NCBI GenBank assembly: GCA_964362865.1
Contig: CAYIGD010000002.1
Span: forward strand, 4,253-68,252
Source: an uncultured Candidatus Saccharibacteria bacterium
GTDB lineage: Bacteria > Patescibacteriota > UBA1384 > JAGVHQ01
Reading direction: 5' to 3'
Length of the DNA: 64,000 bases
Shown here: one piece after another, positions 40,723 through 51,335 of the stretch
Layout of the letters: every line of letters starts with the position of its first letter
How positions within the stretch are numbered: the stretch's first letter is position 1
Program-made: the position numbers and the translations under genes
The notes under the pieces: generated by a model
Databases searched by the model: none
What the model saw: the letters and a program-made list of their open reading frames with translations, nothing else
What the model was told of the DNA's origin: nothing

Positions 40723-41679
40723 TTATAATTTTTCGCGCACGTACAGCTCTCGAATCCCTTGTTTTAATTGAGTAATTCCCCGATGAGTTTTACTAGAAAC
40801 TATGTAGTCGTGCGCGATTTTCGGGGGGGTGTGAACAAGATCACTCTTTGTGATGACCACTATATATGGACGGCGGATTAAGATGGGGGAAAAGGTGCGC
40901 AGCTCCTGTTTTAAGACCTTGAATTGATCTTGTAAATCATCTTGGGTAGCGTCAAAAACATATACGAGGGCCCGGGTGCGCTCTATATGCTTCAGAAACC
41001 GGATTCCGAGTCCCTTTCCGGTTGATGCGCCGCCAATTAAGCCTGGAATATCAGCGATTACAATCCGAGGGCGACCTTCCAGTACACCGAGGCTGGGTCG
41101 GATTGTAGTAAACGGGTAGGCACCAACCTCCGGGTGGGCGTTTGTTAACGCGGTGATTAGGGAAGATTTCCCCGCGTTCGGGAATCCGACAAGACCAACA
41201 TCGGCGAGCAGTTTCAGCTTTAGTTCCAGCGTGCATTTTTCGCCCTTACCCGGTGGACGCGATTCTCGCGGTGCTCGGTTAGTTGAAGAGCGAAAATGGC
41301 GATTTCCCAATCCCCCCGCCCCCCCGCGGACAACTAAAAGTCTTTCGCCCGTATGGATCAGGTCGGAACGTATGCCGTTTCCCGATATTTGTGTCCCGAT
41401 TGGAACGGGAATGATCAGATCAGGCGCATTCGCGCCGGTTTTGTTGGAAGATCCGCCGTTTTCACCATTTTGGGCCTTAAAATGTCGAATTCGTACACAA
41501 TTATCGAGCGAGGTTAGGGATGAGTTCACTTCAAGAAACACATCGCCGCCTTTACCCCCGTCGCCGCCGTCTGGCCCGCCTCGGGGGACAAAGCGTTCAC
41601 GTCGAAATGAAACACAACCCATCCCTCCCGTGCCAGCGCTGAGCTCAATCTGCGCTTCGTCAATTAAGCGATATGCCAT
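40723..41679 (-). CDS. obgE: GTPase ObgE/CgtA (no C-terminal domain)
   Basis: GGPDGGDGGKGG Obg domain; GFPNAGKS, YPFTT, DIPG, TKSD. Confidence 0.97.
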   Translation of the reverse strand: MAYRLIDEAQIELSAGTGGMGCVSFRRERFVPRGGPDGGDGGKGGDVFLEVNSSLTSLDNCVRIRHFKAQNGENGGSSNKTGANAPDLIIPVPIGTQISGNGIRSDLIHTGERLLVVRGGAGGLGNRHFRSSTNRAPRESRPPGKGEKCTLELKLKLLADVGLVGFPNAGKSSLITALTNAHPEVGAYPFTTIRPSLGVLEGRPRIVIADIPGLIGGASTGKGLGIRFLKHIERTRALVYVFDATQDDLQDQFKVLKQELRTFSPILIRRPYIVVITKSDLVHTPPKIAHDYIVSSKTHRGITQLKQGIRELYVREKL

Positions 41680-41717
41680 CTTTGATTTTTTGGGAGGGAT
41701 ATTGATAGAAGCGAAGC

Positions 41718-42746
41718 TTATATACCCGGATCAAACGGTCGGCCGTTTCGTTCTGTTTGTAAATGCAGATGCGGTCCGGTAGAGTTTCCGGTGTCACCGA
41801 CGCCGCCGATTACTTCCGCTTGTCCGACTGTTTGTCCGATGCCCACATAGACTTGATTAAGGTGAGCGTACCGAGAAGTAAGGCCACCACCGTGGCTGAC
41901 CACAATTGATTTTCCGAATCCGCTCCCCCAACCACCCGTAATTTCTATCACAGTCCCGCTTGAAATCGCTCGAACCGGAGCGTTCGTATCCGCGCGATAG
42001 TCTACTCCGGCGTGGGAACGGGTTAAGCGACGTGAAACACCCTGAAACCCGCTTGACAAGGGGAAAACAAAATTTGTGTCTGCTGGCCCCTCTCCTGGGT
42101 CATCAATTCGTTCACGGGTTACTACTCGGCGAGAGGTACTTGTTGCGAGCGCAAGGCGCTTTTCGCGTGCCCTGCGATCTTCCTCTTTCTTTTTATTGAG
42201 GGCGATGAGCCAATCTTGGGAGGTTGAAATGTCTTTGCTGGCGATTTTTAACTCTTGACCGGGGGTCAAATCATTAACCTGGTCATTGGAAAGGCCATTG
42301 GCTTCTTGGACCGAGGCAACATGCAGATCAAACTTGTTCGCCACTGTGCTCGCGGTATCCCCTGCTTGGACAATGTAGGTTGTGTAGGCAACAGGGGCGT
42401 CTGAACGGTCTGATGCGTCAACGGGGATTGCGCTCGTGATCGTTTCTTCTTCGCGAAAATGAGCCGCAACGTTATTTCGGGATTCTCCCAGATAGGGGGT
42501 GTATGGGCCGACTGACTCCACAATGTCAGCCGCTTGCCCTGATGAGGTCAGTAGAATTCCTTGTTCAAGTTGAATTAGTTCCGCGTGCACAGTGATGCGC
42601 TGGAAAACGAGCAGGGCTAAAGCCGTACACAAAAAAGCAGCGTATTGACCGCCCAGACGGATACGACGCATAGGAATTGCTCGCATTCTTTCAGTGACAC
42701 GCCAGACTTCTTTCAGGGCCTTTATTACCCACTGTTGTAAGCTCAC
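41718..42746 (-). CDS. LysM domain + M23 peptidase
   Basis: YIVQAGDT LysM; HAGVD, YAHL, STGPHLHL. Confidence 0.92.
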   Translation of the reverse strand: MSLQQWVIKALKEVWRVTERMRAIPMRRIRLGGQYAAFLCTALALLVFQRITVHAELIQLEQGILLTSSGQAADIVESVGPYTPYLGESRNNVAAHFREEETITSAIPVDASDRSDAPVAYTTYIVQAGDTASTVANKFDLHVASVQEANGLSNDQVNDLTPGQELKIASKDISTSQDWLIALNKKKEEDRRAREKRLALATSTSRRVVTRERIDDPGEGPADTNFVFPLSSGFQGVSRRLTRSHAGVDYRADTNAPVRAISSGTVIEITGGWGSGFGKSIVVSHGGGLTSRYAHLNQVYVGIGQTVGQAEVIGGVGDTGNSTGPHLHLQTERNGRPFDPGI

Positions 42747-42755
42747 GTTGTTCTT

Positions 42756-42784
42756 ATACTACTCAAATTAGTTTAATCAGTCAA
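42756..42784 (-). promoter_or_regulatory. Promoter of the LysM/M23 gene (very short leader)
   Basis: TTGACT-17nt-TAGTAT, 9 nt before GTG 42746. Confidence 0.55.
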
Positions 42785-42814
42785 TCCCAAATCATCTTTC
42801 GTATAGAGGGAGCG

Positions 42815-44026
42815 TTACTGAAGTTCGATCACAACGGATTGTATCGGTATTCCAACAACCGCGATGCCCGAGGGCGCCACAACGGAACGGGAAGTAAGTT
42901 CAACCGTGTAGCTACCGGGGTTTGCGTAACTTGCTAGATCAACTCGAACCCGTACGTCGCTTGCCGAAAGTGCTGTAAGCGCAGTAGCAGGGCCGCTGAC
43001 AATCACCTTAATACTTGAAGGATTCGTGCTTGCTATACGACGATTCGGGTTGAGGTTTACGGGCTCAAAATTCGCAATAATTTCCCGCTCGAGCACGATT
43101 GGCGCAAGGCTGATAGTGACCAGAACTTCAGGTTGATTGCTGTTCACTAAGCTAATTCCAGGCGGGAGATGAACGGCAAGTCTTTGCGTCAGCGATTCAC
43201 TGATCCCGTTCAGGTTGACTCTTGCCGTTTCGAGAGCGTTTGTTCCGGCCAATACGGCGGGCTCGCCTGTAACCTCTAGCGTTGATGGGTTGGTGGTGAT
43301 CGCTGTAACGACAAATCCAGGAGCAGTTCTGCCTTCGAGTGGAACTCGAATACCGACGGTTTTAGATTGCGTGCTGTCAACGATCGGGACGCGTACCTCA
43401 ACACTCGCTGGATTAAAGCTGATTGCCCCATATGGATTCCCACTCCCGTCTAAAGTCATAACAGGTACAATCCGCTCTACCTCTTCCGCTTCTCCCGCTA
43501 AAGTGATCAAGGCTGTGGCGGACTCAATTTTATCAATCAGACTTTGGGGACCGCGGGCAGTCACTACGCTGGGTTCGATGAGCGCTTGCGCGGGAATTTT
43601 TCCTTCCGCGGCGCTGCCATCGAAACGGACCCGTACCGGGATCTTTTTTTCACTTACTTTTTCGATCGTAACAAATGTTCGCTCCGGTGTTACGCGAACG
43701 ACTTGCACCCCCGCTTCTTTGCTCACGACGTTGATTTGAATTTCGTGCGTACCTTCCGCAATCCCGCGCAAATCGAGATATGCTCGAAACGAACGGGCGG
43801 TCAGTTCCCTGAGACGGATCGTTTCGGTCGAAATTGAGATTTTTACGGCTTTTACCTCAATGAGTGCCGCAAGATCAGGTTGGACATTCTCGATTTCAAC
43901 CGGAATTTCAACTGGGAATTGGCTGCGCGATATCGTACCGGACGCAATCAAAAACCAAACAATACTCGCCACAGCGATACTGATGAGCTTTAAGGGCTGA
44001 TTTTGAGTAAAACGCATCGACATCAT
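42815..44026 (-). CDS. cdaR: CdaR/YbbR-domain protein
   Basis: KLISIAVASIVWF TM followed by about 4 YbbR-like repeats (P..V.V.GP); follows cdaA. Confidence 0.88.
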   Translation of the reverse strand: MMSMRFTQNQPLKLISIAVASIVWFLIASGTISRSQFPVEIPVEIENVQPDLAALIEVKAVKISISTETIRLRELTARSFRAYLDLRGIAEGTHEIQINVVSKEAGVQVVRVTPERTFVTIEKVSEKKIPVRVRFDGSAAEGKIPAQALIEPSVVTARGPQSLIDKIESATALITLAGEAEEVERIVPVMTLDGSGNPYGAISFNPASVEVRVPIVDSTQSKTVGIRVPLEGRTAPGFVVTAITTNPSTLEVTGEPAVLAGTNALETARVNLNGISESLTQRLAVHLPPGISLVNSNQPEVLVTISLAPIVLEREIIANFEPVNLNPNRRIASTNPSSIKVIVSGPATALTALSASDVRVRVDLASYANPGSYTVELTSRSVVAPSGIAVVGIPIQSVVIELQ

Positions 44027-44856
44027 CCCTCTTTCCGGTGCGCTGTATTAAACTCTCGTTTTAACAGGCGCTCTAAGCCTTTTAAATCGAGTCGGCGCAG
44101 TTGACTCCCCATTGCAACCGAAATGCTTCCTTTTGCTTCAGAAGTGACGATCACCAGCGCGTCCGTTTGCGATGATAGCCCGAGTGCTGCACGGTGACGA
44201 GTACCTAATTCGGTGTCGAAGATGGAATCCGAGAGGGGGAGTACGACGCTTGCCGCCGCGATTTGATTTCCGACCAGTACAACCGCGCCGTCGTGTAGCG
44301 GACTGTGGGGTTGGAAAATACTCATTAAAAGTTGGGCCGAAAGGCGCGCATTCAAGAGCATTCCGGATTCAATATAATCGCGTAACCCTGTCAAACGGCT
44401 TAAAACAATCAGGGAGCCGGTTTTAGTTTTTGCCAAGCGTTCCACCGCAAATAGAATCTCATGCATTACGTATTCCTGTTCCGGGGCTTTCAGGCGGGAA
44501 AAATCACCTGTAAAACGCGTTCGCCCCAGTCGTTCAAGCGCGGAGCGGATTTCGGGCTGGAATATAACGGGAATCGCGATTAAAAGCGTTGTCGCAAGGG
44601 CACGGAAAATGTAGTTTACGGCAATTAATTCAAACGCTATGCCGATAAAATAGACAATCGCAAGCAATCCGAGGCCGTATACAATTCTGAGCGCCCGCGT
44701 CTCTTTGGCCAGTAAAATTATATAGTAGATGAAGATCGAGACAATCAGGATATCGGCAATAATAATGAACGGGTCTTTGACTAAGTTAAACTGCCCGAAG
44801 AGCGTGTCAACTTTTGTCGCGGCCCCCAAAATTTTATTCGACAGTGTTTCCTGCAA
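44023..44856 (-). CDS. cdaA: Diadenylate cyclase CdaA (DacA)
   Basis: 3 TM helices; FQPEIRSALE, PLHDGA and GTRHRAA catalytic motifs. Confidence 0.95.
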   Translation of the reverse strand: MQETLSNKILGAATKVDTLFGQFNLVKDPFIIIADILIVSIFIYYIILLAKETRALRIVYGLGLLAIVYFIGIAFELIAVNYIFRALATTLLIAIPVIFQPEIRSALERLGRTRFTGDFSRLKAPEQEYVMHEILFAVERLAKTKTGSLIVLSRLTGLRDYIESGMLLNARLSAQLLMSIFQPHSPLHDGAVVLVGNQIAAASVVLPLSDSIFDTELGTRHRAALGLSSQTDALVIVTSEAKGSISVAMGSQLRRLDLKGLERLLKREFNTAHRKEG

Positions 44857-46687
44857 CCGCGCTCCTTACCGTTTTTTCTCTTACGATCAGCATATCCCCT
44901 GCCAAGGGCTCAATGCTAGCATTCTCAATTCCGATTCCAGCTTCTGTCCCTTGGGAAATCGTAGTCACAGTTTCCGGGCCAATTCGAAGAGTTGCAATCA
45001 CAAGCGAACCGACACGTTCGCCTTCACGATCTATCTGAACTTGGCCGGTACGTAATTGCCCTTCCTCTACCGCGACACCGACGATTCCCTTCCCATTTTT
45101 GAAACGAAAAATCTTGAGGATCGTCGCTTTCCCAAGAGTTTTTGGACCGGCCGGTACTGTCAGCGCATCTTTCGTCTGATTAACAATGTCATAAATGATG
45201 TCGGATTCAATCACGCGGATGGAATGCAATTGGGCAAGTTGTGCGGCTGGTTTTGTAATGCCGCTTCGAAACCCGATCACAAGCGCGCTTGATGCAATCG
45301 CGACGTTAATATCAGACTCACTGACCGGGCCAACGCCTTCGAGGACATAGGTGATTGGCCGTTCTGCTAAAATGCCTTTAATCGCATTTTTTAGTGCGGG
45401 TAAAGAGCCCCCCACATCTGCCTTCAAAATGCAGGTTACTCCAGTCCCTCCGATTACATCGGAACTGTGACGCTGGGCGTGTGTGGTTTTAGCCCGGTCA
45501 ACACTTATCCGAGCGTCATCGGTATTTTCTACAACGGTGATTTGGTCCCCGACAGAGGGCAGCGTCGAAAGACCTGCAATCAGAACCGGCATTCCCGGGA
45601 GCGCTTGATCGATGCGTTTACCCGCATCATCTTCCATAAATCGGATTTTTCCGTAACTGAGAGCTGCGGTAACGACATCTCCTGTGCGAAAATGACCATC
45701 CTGTACAATTACCGTTGCGAGCGGTCCTTTTCCGGGGCTCATTTGACTCTCGAGAATTACCCCGAGACCAGGACGTTTTGGATTAACAGGGCGGGAGCGC
45801 ATGCTGGCGACAAGCTGGATGTATTCTAGCAGGGTATCAAGCCCTGTTCCAAGTTTTGCTGAGATGGGAACGACAACCGTATCTCCGCCCCAATCCTCGG
45901 GATTTAACCCGTGTTGTCCAAGCTCCTGCTTAAGACGTTCTAAGTCTGCACCGGGGGTATCCATCTTGGTTGCCGCAACGATGATCGGAACGTGCGCTAA
46001 GCGTGCATGTTGAATTGCTTCTTCGGTTTGGGGCTTAACTCCCTCGTCAGCGGCCACAACCAATACCACAACATCGGTTACGTTCGCTCCGTGGGCACGC
46101 ATTGCCGCGAAAGCCTCATGGCCGGGGGTATCAATAAACGTGAGCGCCACATCCCCGCCTGTTTTAGTGGGCACCTGAATCTGGTAGGCGCCGATGTGCT
46201 GCGTGATTCCCCCTGATTCGCCTTCTGCTACGCGTGTTTTGCGTAAACTATCAAGTAAGGTTGTTTTGCCGTGATCAACATGTCCCATCACGGTCACAAT
46301 CGCGCTCCGCTCGACACTCCCCTTTCGGCCAAGTACGGGTTCTTTACGGGACTCTACTTCGAGAGTTTTTTCTTTTTGATGTGGAGCAAAACCAAGTTCG
46401 TGCGCGGCGATTGCGGCGCTGTCGTAATCCACGCGCTCGTTCAAGGTTGCCAGTACGCCGTTATCTAAAAGCGCACGAATTACGGCGGTTACCGGTACTT
46501 CCAAAATGTCGGAAAGCTCTTTCACCCCCACCTCGGAAGGAATATTGACATCTTTTTTGAGGATGATTTTAGGGGCTTCAACGGATCTCTCGGAGTCGCG
46601 CGCAGCTTGAAGCACCTCGGCCTTTTTGAGGGCTTTGGCCTGCTTCTTGGAAATCTTTCTTTTTCGGACTTTATTCGTAAGCGCCAT
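44834..46687 (-). CDS. infB: Translation initiation factor IF-2
   Basis: [33 protein letters not shown]. Confidence 0.97.
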   Translation of the reverse strand: MALTNKVRKRKISKKQAKALKKAEVLQAARDSERSVEAPKIILKKDVNIPSEVGVKELSDILEVPVTAVIRALLDNGVLATLNERVDYDSAAIAAHELGFAPHQKEKTLEVESRKEPVLGRKGSVERSAIVTVMGHVDHGKTTLLDSLRKTRVAEGESGGITQHIGAYQIQVPTKTGGDVALTFIDTPGHEAFAAMRAHGANVTDVVVLVVAADEGVKPQTEEAIQHARLAHVPIIVAATKMDTPGADLERLKQELGQHGLNPEDWGGDTVVVPISAKLGTGLDTLLEYIQLVASMRSRPVNPKRPGLGVILESQMSPGKGPLATVIVQDGHFRTGDVVTAALSYGKIRFMEDDAGKRIDQALPGMPVLIAGLSTLPSVGDQITVVENTDDARISVDRAKTTHAQRHSSDVIGGTGVTCILKADVGGSLPALKNAIKGILAERPITYVLEGVGPVSESDINVAIASSALVIGFRSGITKPAAQLAQLHSIRVIESDIIYDIVNQTKDALTVPAGPKTLGKATILKIFRFKNGKGIVGVAVEEGQLRTGQVQIDREGERVGSLVIATLRIGPETVTTISQGTEAGIGIENASIEPLAGDMLIVREKTVRSAVAGNTVE

Positions 46688-46694
46688 TACATGA

Positions 46695-46723
46695 AGTGTA
46701 GCACTAACCTGTTATCAGGGCAA
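46695..46723 (-). promoter_or_regulatory. Leaderless promoter of infB
   Basis: TTGCCC-17nt-TACACT with extended TG, 7 nt before ATG; no SD. Confidence 0.65.
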
Positions 46724-46759
46724 GAAAAGAGATCCCCAGGGCAGATCCCCTGATCGAGC

Positions 46760-49294
46760 TTAAGCCTTGTTCGGAGCCTGCTCTTGGGGCGTTTGAGGCG
46801 CCAAACCGTCGGGCTGCGTTTTAACAAGAGCGGCAGATGCGACACGGTCGCCTTCGCGCAAGCGCATTAAAATCACGCCCTGCGTGTCGCGTCCGATTCG
46901 TCGGACACGTTTCAAGGGGAGTCTAATCATTGTTCCCTTAATCGAGAGCATGATGAGATCGCCCTCGTCGCCCGTGCTAACATGCATCGCAATCAACGCC
47001 CCGGTTTTGCCGGTCACTTTCGCAACTCGAATTCCCACCCCGCCGCGGTGTTGATTGCGAAAATTGGAAAGGCGCGTCCGTTTCCCAAGACCTTTCTCTA
47101 ATACGACCAAGACATCTGTTTGGTTAGTCAGTTGTTCCTGTCCGATCACGTCCACGCCGATCACCAGATCATCACTGCGCAACTTAATCGCTCGCACGCC
47201 TTCTGCGCCTCGGCCGATCGGGCGGACCTCGGTTTCGTTAAACAAAATCGCCTGGCCCTTGGCGGTTGCGATGAAGATTTCATCGCCCCCTCGTACAACG
47301 CGCACCCACTGCAACTGATCTTTGGCCCGCAGCGAAATCGCGATAATTCCGGATTTACGTACGTTTTGATACAAGCTGATCAAGGTTTTTTTGATCATTC
47401 CCCGCGAAGTTACGAACAAGATATAACTTTCAGTGAGGTTCTTCCCGCGACGTAAAGGGATCGTTGCTGTGACGCGCTCCTCAGGGGCGAGCTGGATAAT
47501 GTTTTGAACCGCAATCCCTTTTGCTTGGCGAGAGGCCGCGGGAATGTCATACACATTCGCGATAAACAGACGCCCACGATCGGTAAATAACCACATCTGG
47601 TCGTGAGTGTTTGCACCGACAACATCCAAAAGTATATCTTCTTCTTTCGGGGTCATGCCGGTGACGCCCACCCCTCCGCGTTCTTGTGCTCGGTATCCGC
47701 TCACCGGCTGTCGTTTTAAGTATCCTCCCCGCGTGAGAGTGACGATTACTTCCTCGTTCGGAATGAGATCTTCAGTGGTGAAACCTTTAAGAGCCGCGCT
47801 GACTACCCCTGTACGCCGCGGGTCGGAAAATTTATTTTTTAATTGCGTAAACTCTTTTTTGATAAGCGCCAGTATTTTTTTTGGATCTTCAAGCAACTCT
47901 TTTAGACGCGCGATTGTTTGCAGGATTTCGTCGTATTCAGCCTTGATTTTTTCGCGTTCCAACGCGGCAAGGGTTGCAAGCCGCATGTCCAGAATGGCAG
48001 TTACCTGGCGATCTGAAAGCTGAAAGGTTTTCTTGAGCGCTTGATGCGCGTCTTCCCGACTTGCTGATGCCTTAATCGTTGCGATTACGGCATCAATCTG
48101 CTGGAGGGCTTTAGTGAGCCCTTCTAAAATGTGAGCGCGATCTTGGGCGACTTTTAATTCATACTCGGCGCGCGCCTTCACTACGACCGTACGATGTTTT
48201 ATGTATTCTTCAAGAACACTCTTCAGGTTCAGTAACCTTGGTTGACGGCCGTCAACCAAGGTTACCATGTTCATATGAAAAGCGTTGTTAAGTGGGGTTA
48301 ATTCATAAAGGGCATTTAATACTTTTTTGGGATACGCAGAGCCTTTAAGATCAATCACTATTCGGACAGGATCTGTACGGTCCGATTCGTCTCGCAAGTC
48401 AGTTACCCCTTGGATTTTTTTATTTTTTACTAAATCGGCAATCTTAAGGACTAGATCCGCTTTGTTCACTTGGTATGGGAGTTCGGAAATAATAATCTTG
48501 AAATCCCCTTTTTTGTCCTGCGTGATCTCTGCCTTACCCCGCACGGTAATTCGCCCTCGGCCGGTAACATAAGCGCTCACGATTTCGGCTCGGCCGTAAA
48601 TCACCCCGCCCGTTGGGAAATCCGGCCCTTGAATGAATTGCATAAGATCTTCAACGGAAGCGGTCGGATGATCGATTAAGTGCACTGTCGCGTCGAGTAC
48701 TTCCCCCAGGTTGTGGGGGGGAATGTTGGTGGCCATCCCGACTGCGATTCCGAGCGTTCCGTTCAAAAGCAAGTTGGGGAGTTTACCGGGCAGAACCGCC
48801 GGTTCTTTGCGCGTGGCGTCATAGTTGTCAACGAAGGCCACCGTTTCTTTTTCGATGTCAAAGAGCAATTCCTCCGCCAAAGCGGTCATGCGCGCTTCGG
48901 TGTAGCGCATCGCGGCTGCGTTATCTCCATCGATCGAACCGAAGTTTCCCTGCCCTTGAACCAAGGGATAGCGCATCGAAAAGTTTTGAGCCATACGCAC
49001 CATTGAGTCGTATACCGCAACGTCTCCATGGGGATGGAATTTACCGAGAACCTCTCCCACCACGGTGGCTGATTTGCGCAGTTTCGCGCCGGAGCGCAAG
49101 CCCATCTCCCACATCGCCCATAAGATTCGACGGTGCACTGGTTTGAGGCCATCGCGCACGTCGGGTAGCGCGCGTGCGACAATCACGCTCATCGCGTATT
49201 CAAGGTAGGAACGCTCCATTTCGGGCACGATCCCACGCTCGGTTACGTTCGGGTTCTCGTTTTTTCGAGGAGTTAGTTTATGCTCTTCTGGCAT
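46760..49294 (-). CDS. gyrA: DNA gyrase subunit A
   Basis: HPHGD, AAMRYTE, GyrA-box QERGGVG. Confidence 0.98.
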   Translation of the reverse strand: MPEEHKLTPRKNENPNVTERGIVPEMERSYLEYAMSVIVARALPDVRDGLKPVHRRILWAMWEMGLRSGAKLRKSATVVGEVLGKFHPHGDVAVYDSMVRMAQNFSMRYPLVQGQGNFGSIDGDNAAAMRYTEARMTALAEELLFDIEKETVAFVDNYDATRKEPAVLPGKLPNLLLNGTLGIAVGMATNIPPHNLGEVLDATVHLIDHPTASVEDLMQFIQGPDFPTGGVIYGRAEIVSAYVTGRGRITVRGKAEITQDKKGDFKIIISELPYQVNKADLVLKIADLVKNKKIQGVTDLRDESDRTDPVRIVIDLKGSAYPKKVLNALYELTPLNNAFHMNMVTLVDGRQPRLLNLKSVLEEYIKHRTVVVKARAEYELKVAQDRAHILEGLTKALQQIDAVIATIKASASREDAHQALKKTFQLSDRQVTAILDMRLATLAALEREKIKAEYDEILQTIARLKELLEDPKKILALIKKEFTQLKNKFSDPRRTGVVSAALKGFTTEDLIPNEEVIVTLTRGGYLKRQPVSGYRAQERGGVGVTGMTPKEEDILLDVVGANTHDQMWLFTDRGRLFIANVYDIPAASRQAKGIAVQNIIQLAPEERVTATIPLRRGKNLTESYILFVTSRGMIKKTLISLYQNVRKSGIIAISLRAKDQLQWVRVVRGGDEIFIATAKGQAILFNETEVRPIGRGAEGVRAIKLRSDDLVIGVDVIGQEQLTNQTDVLVVLEKGLGKRTRLSNFRNQHRGGVGIRVAKVTGKTGALIAMHVSTGDEGDLIMLSIKGTMIRLPLKRVRRIGRDTQGVILMRLREGDRVASAALVKTQPDGLAPQTPQEQAPNKA

Positions 49295-49296
49295 TC

Positions 49297-51267
49297 TTAG
49301 ATATCCAAATTTTCTACGCTACGGGCATGAGTTTGGATAAAGCGCTTGCGCGGCTCGACTTCGTTACCCATGAGCATTGAGAATGTAACGTCCGCTTTCA
49401 AGCTATCGTCAATCGTTACGTTTAAGAGCATCCGATTTTCCGGGTTCATTGTCGTTTCCCACAGTTGTTCGGCGTTCATCTCTCCCAACCCTTTATAACG
49501 TTGGATTGTTGGTGGTTTGTGCTCTTTTCCTTTGGGCATGTCGGTTTCCATTTCAGAAAGTATGAGATTTTTTTCCTCTTCCGAGTACGCATACGTGGTT
49601 TTCCCCGAGCGCGTGATCGCATACAGAGGCGGCTGGGCGATATAGAGGTATCCATTTTTAATCACGTCCGGGTAATGGCGGAACAAGAAGGTTAAAAGCA
49701 GAGTGCGGATATGGGCGCCGTCCACGTCCGCGTCGGTCATAATCACAATTCGGTGATAACGCAATTTCGAATAATCTACCTGCTCACCCGCCCCGATTCC
49801 CATGGAGACAATCAGGGCTTTAATTTCTTCTGATGAAAGGATGCGGTCGAGTCGGGCACGCTCCACATTCAGGATTTTCCCCCGCAAGGGTAAAATTGCT
49901 TGAAAACGCCGGTCGCGCCCCTGTTTAGCGGTTCCTCCCGCGGAATCGCCTTCGACAATAAAGAGTTCAGTTTCGGCGGGGTTGCGATTGCTGCAGTCGG
50001 CCAGCTTACCAGGGAGCGTCATCCCTTCCAACGCCCCCTTGCGAATGATTGTTTCACGCGCTGCCCGCGCCGCAAGGCGGGCCCGTAACGAAAGGGTTGC
50101 TTTTTCGATAATACGCCGAGCGTCAGATGGGTGTTCGTCCAGATAATACGTGAGCGCTTCCGCCGTAGCTGATTCAACAGCCGTGCGTACCTCAGGATTT
50201 CCGAGGCGTGTTTTAGTTTGTCCCTCAAATTGGGGGTCGCGCAACTTCACCGATACAATCGCGGTTAATCCTTCGCGGACGTCTTCGCCCGTGAGCACGT
50301 GCGATGTATCTTTTGCGCCGAGCGTGCGGCGTAAATAATCATTCAGGGCGCGCGTTAGGGCCGATTTGAAACCAGTAAGATGTGTACCGCCTTCGGTTGT
50401 ATGAATGTTGTTGGCGAATGTAAATAAATGCTCGTTAAAGTCGTCAGTGTAGGCGAGCGCGACCTCCACGAGGATGTCATCGAGCAATTTTGAGACAAAA
50501 AATGGGGGGTCATTAAATGCGGTGCGCTCTTTGTTGAGATGGCGAACATACGATGCGATTCCACCTTCAAAATGAAACGTGTATGGGAACGCTGCAGCTC
50601 TCTCGCGCCGATCCGTAATCGTAAGCCAGATCCCTTTGGTCAGGTAGGCCTGTTGGCGGGCGTGGTCAAGGATATTTTTCAGATTAAATGAAATCTCCGT
50701 AAAGATTATCGGATCAGGTTCGAATGTAACGGTTGTCCCGGTTTTGGCATGCTCGGCAGGAGCGAGCTTCTCTTTCGTTACTTTGCTTTTTACCTTTCCT
50801 CGTTCGTACGTTTGGGTATAGCGTGTCCCGGCACGGTAGACATCAACTTGCATCCAGCTGGAGAGTGCGTTTACGACTGAGACGCCCACGCCGTGCAGGC
50901 CGCCGGATACCTTATATCCGCCTGTGCCGAACTTACCGCCGGCATGCAAGGTCGTCATCACGGTTTCGAGCGCGCTGAGCTTGGTTTGTGCGTGGGTATC
51001 CACGGGGATGCCGCGTCCGTTGTCGGTTACCTCAACGCGGGAATCCGGCAATAGGGTGACGCTGATGTGGCTAGCATGTCCGGCCATGGCTTCGTCAATC
51101 GCATTATCAAGCACTTCCCAAACCAAATGGTGGAGGCCTTCCAGGCCCGTACCGCCGATGTACATTCCCGGGCGTTTACGGACCGGTTCCAACCCCTCAA
51201 GTACGACGATTTGTTTGGCTGTATATTCGCTGTGGGCGTTCACCTGGATCCTTTTTAATACCGACAA
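49297..51267 (-). CDS. gyrB: DNA gyrase subunit B (start may be GTG 51243)
   Basis: [35 protein letters not shown]. Confidence 0.98.
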   Translation of the reverse strand: MSVLKRIQVNAHSEYTAKQIVVLEGLEPVRKRPGMYIGGTGLEGLHHLVWEVLDNAIDEAMAGHASHISVTLLPDSRVEVTDNGRGIPVDTHAQTKLSALETVMTTLHAGGKFGTGGYKVSGGLHGVGVSVVNALSSWMQVDVYRAGTRYTQTYERGKVKSKVTKEKLAPAEHAKTGTTVTFEPDPIIFTEISFNLKNILDHARQQAYLTKGIWLTITDRRERAAAFPYTFHFEGGIASYVRHLNKERTAFNDPPFFVSKLLDDILVEVALAYTDDFNEHLFTFANNIHTTEGGTHLTGFKSALTRALNDYLRRTLGAKDTSHVLTGEDVREGLTAIVSVKLRDPQFEGQTKTRLGNPEVRTAVESATAEALTYYLDEHPSDARRIIEKATLSLRARLAARAARETIIRKGALEGMTLPGKLADCSNRNPAETELFIVEGDSAGGTAKQGRDRRFQAILPLRGKILNVERARLDRILSSEEIKALIVSMGIGAGEQVDYSKLRYHRIVIMTDADVDGAHIRTLLLTFLFRHYPDVIKNGYLYIAQPPLYAITRSGKTTYAYSEEEKNLILSEMETDMPKGKEHKPPTIQRYKGLGEMNAEQLWETTMNPENRMLLNVTIDDSLKADVTFSMLMGNEVEPRKRFIQTHARSVENLDI

Positions 51268-51309
51268 AATAAATTGCGAGTAGTTCGCAAAAAATAGTCT
51301 TTCGAACTA

Positions 51310-51318
51310 ATTATAACA
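51310..51318 (-). promoter_or_regulatory. Extended -10 promoter upstream of gyrB
   Basis: TGTTATAAT on the - strand. Confidence 0.55.
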
Positions 51319-51335
51319 GATTTCAGTCTTGGTTT

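Noticed and set aside
41153-41782. 209-aa + strand ORF and similar long antisense ORFs (36882-37556, 43215-43739, 10560-11087, 613-1113)
   Set aside because: Shadows of well-supported genes on the opposite strand, with no motifs or translation signals
46760-51335. Replication origin near gyrBA
   Set aside because: No dnaA/dnaN and no DnaA-box cluster was seen
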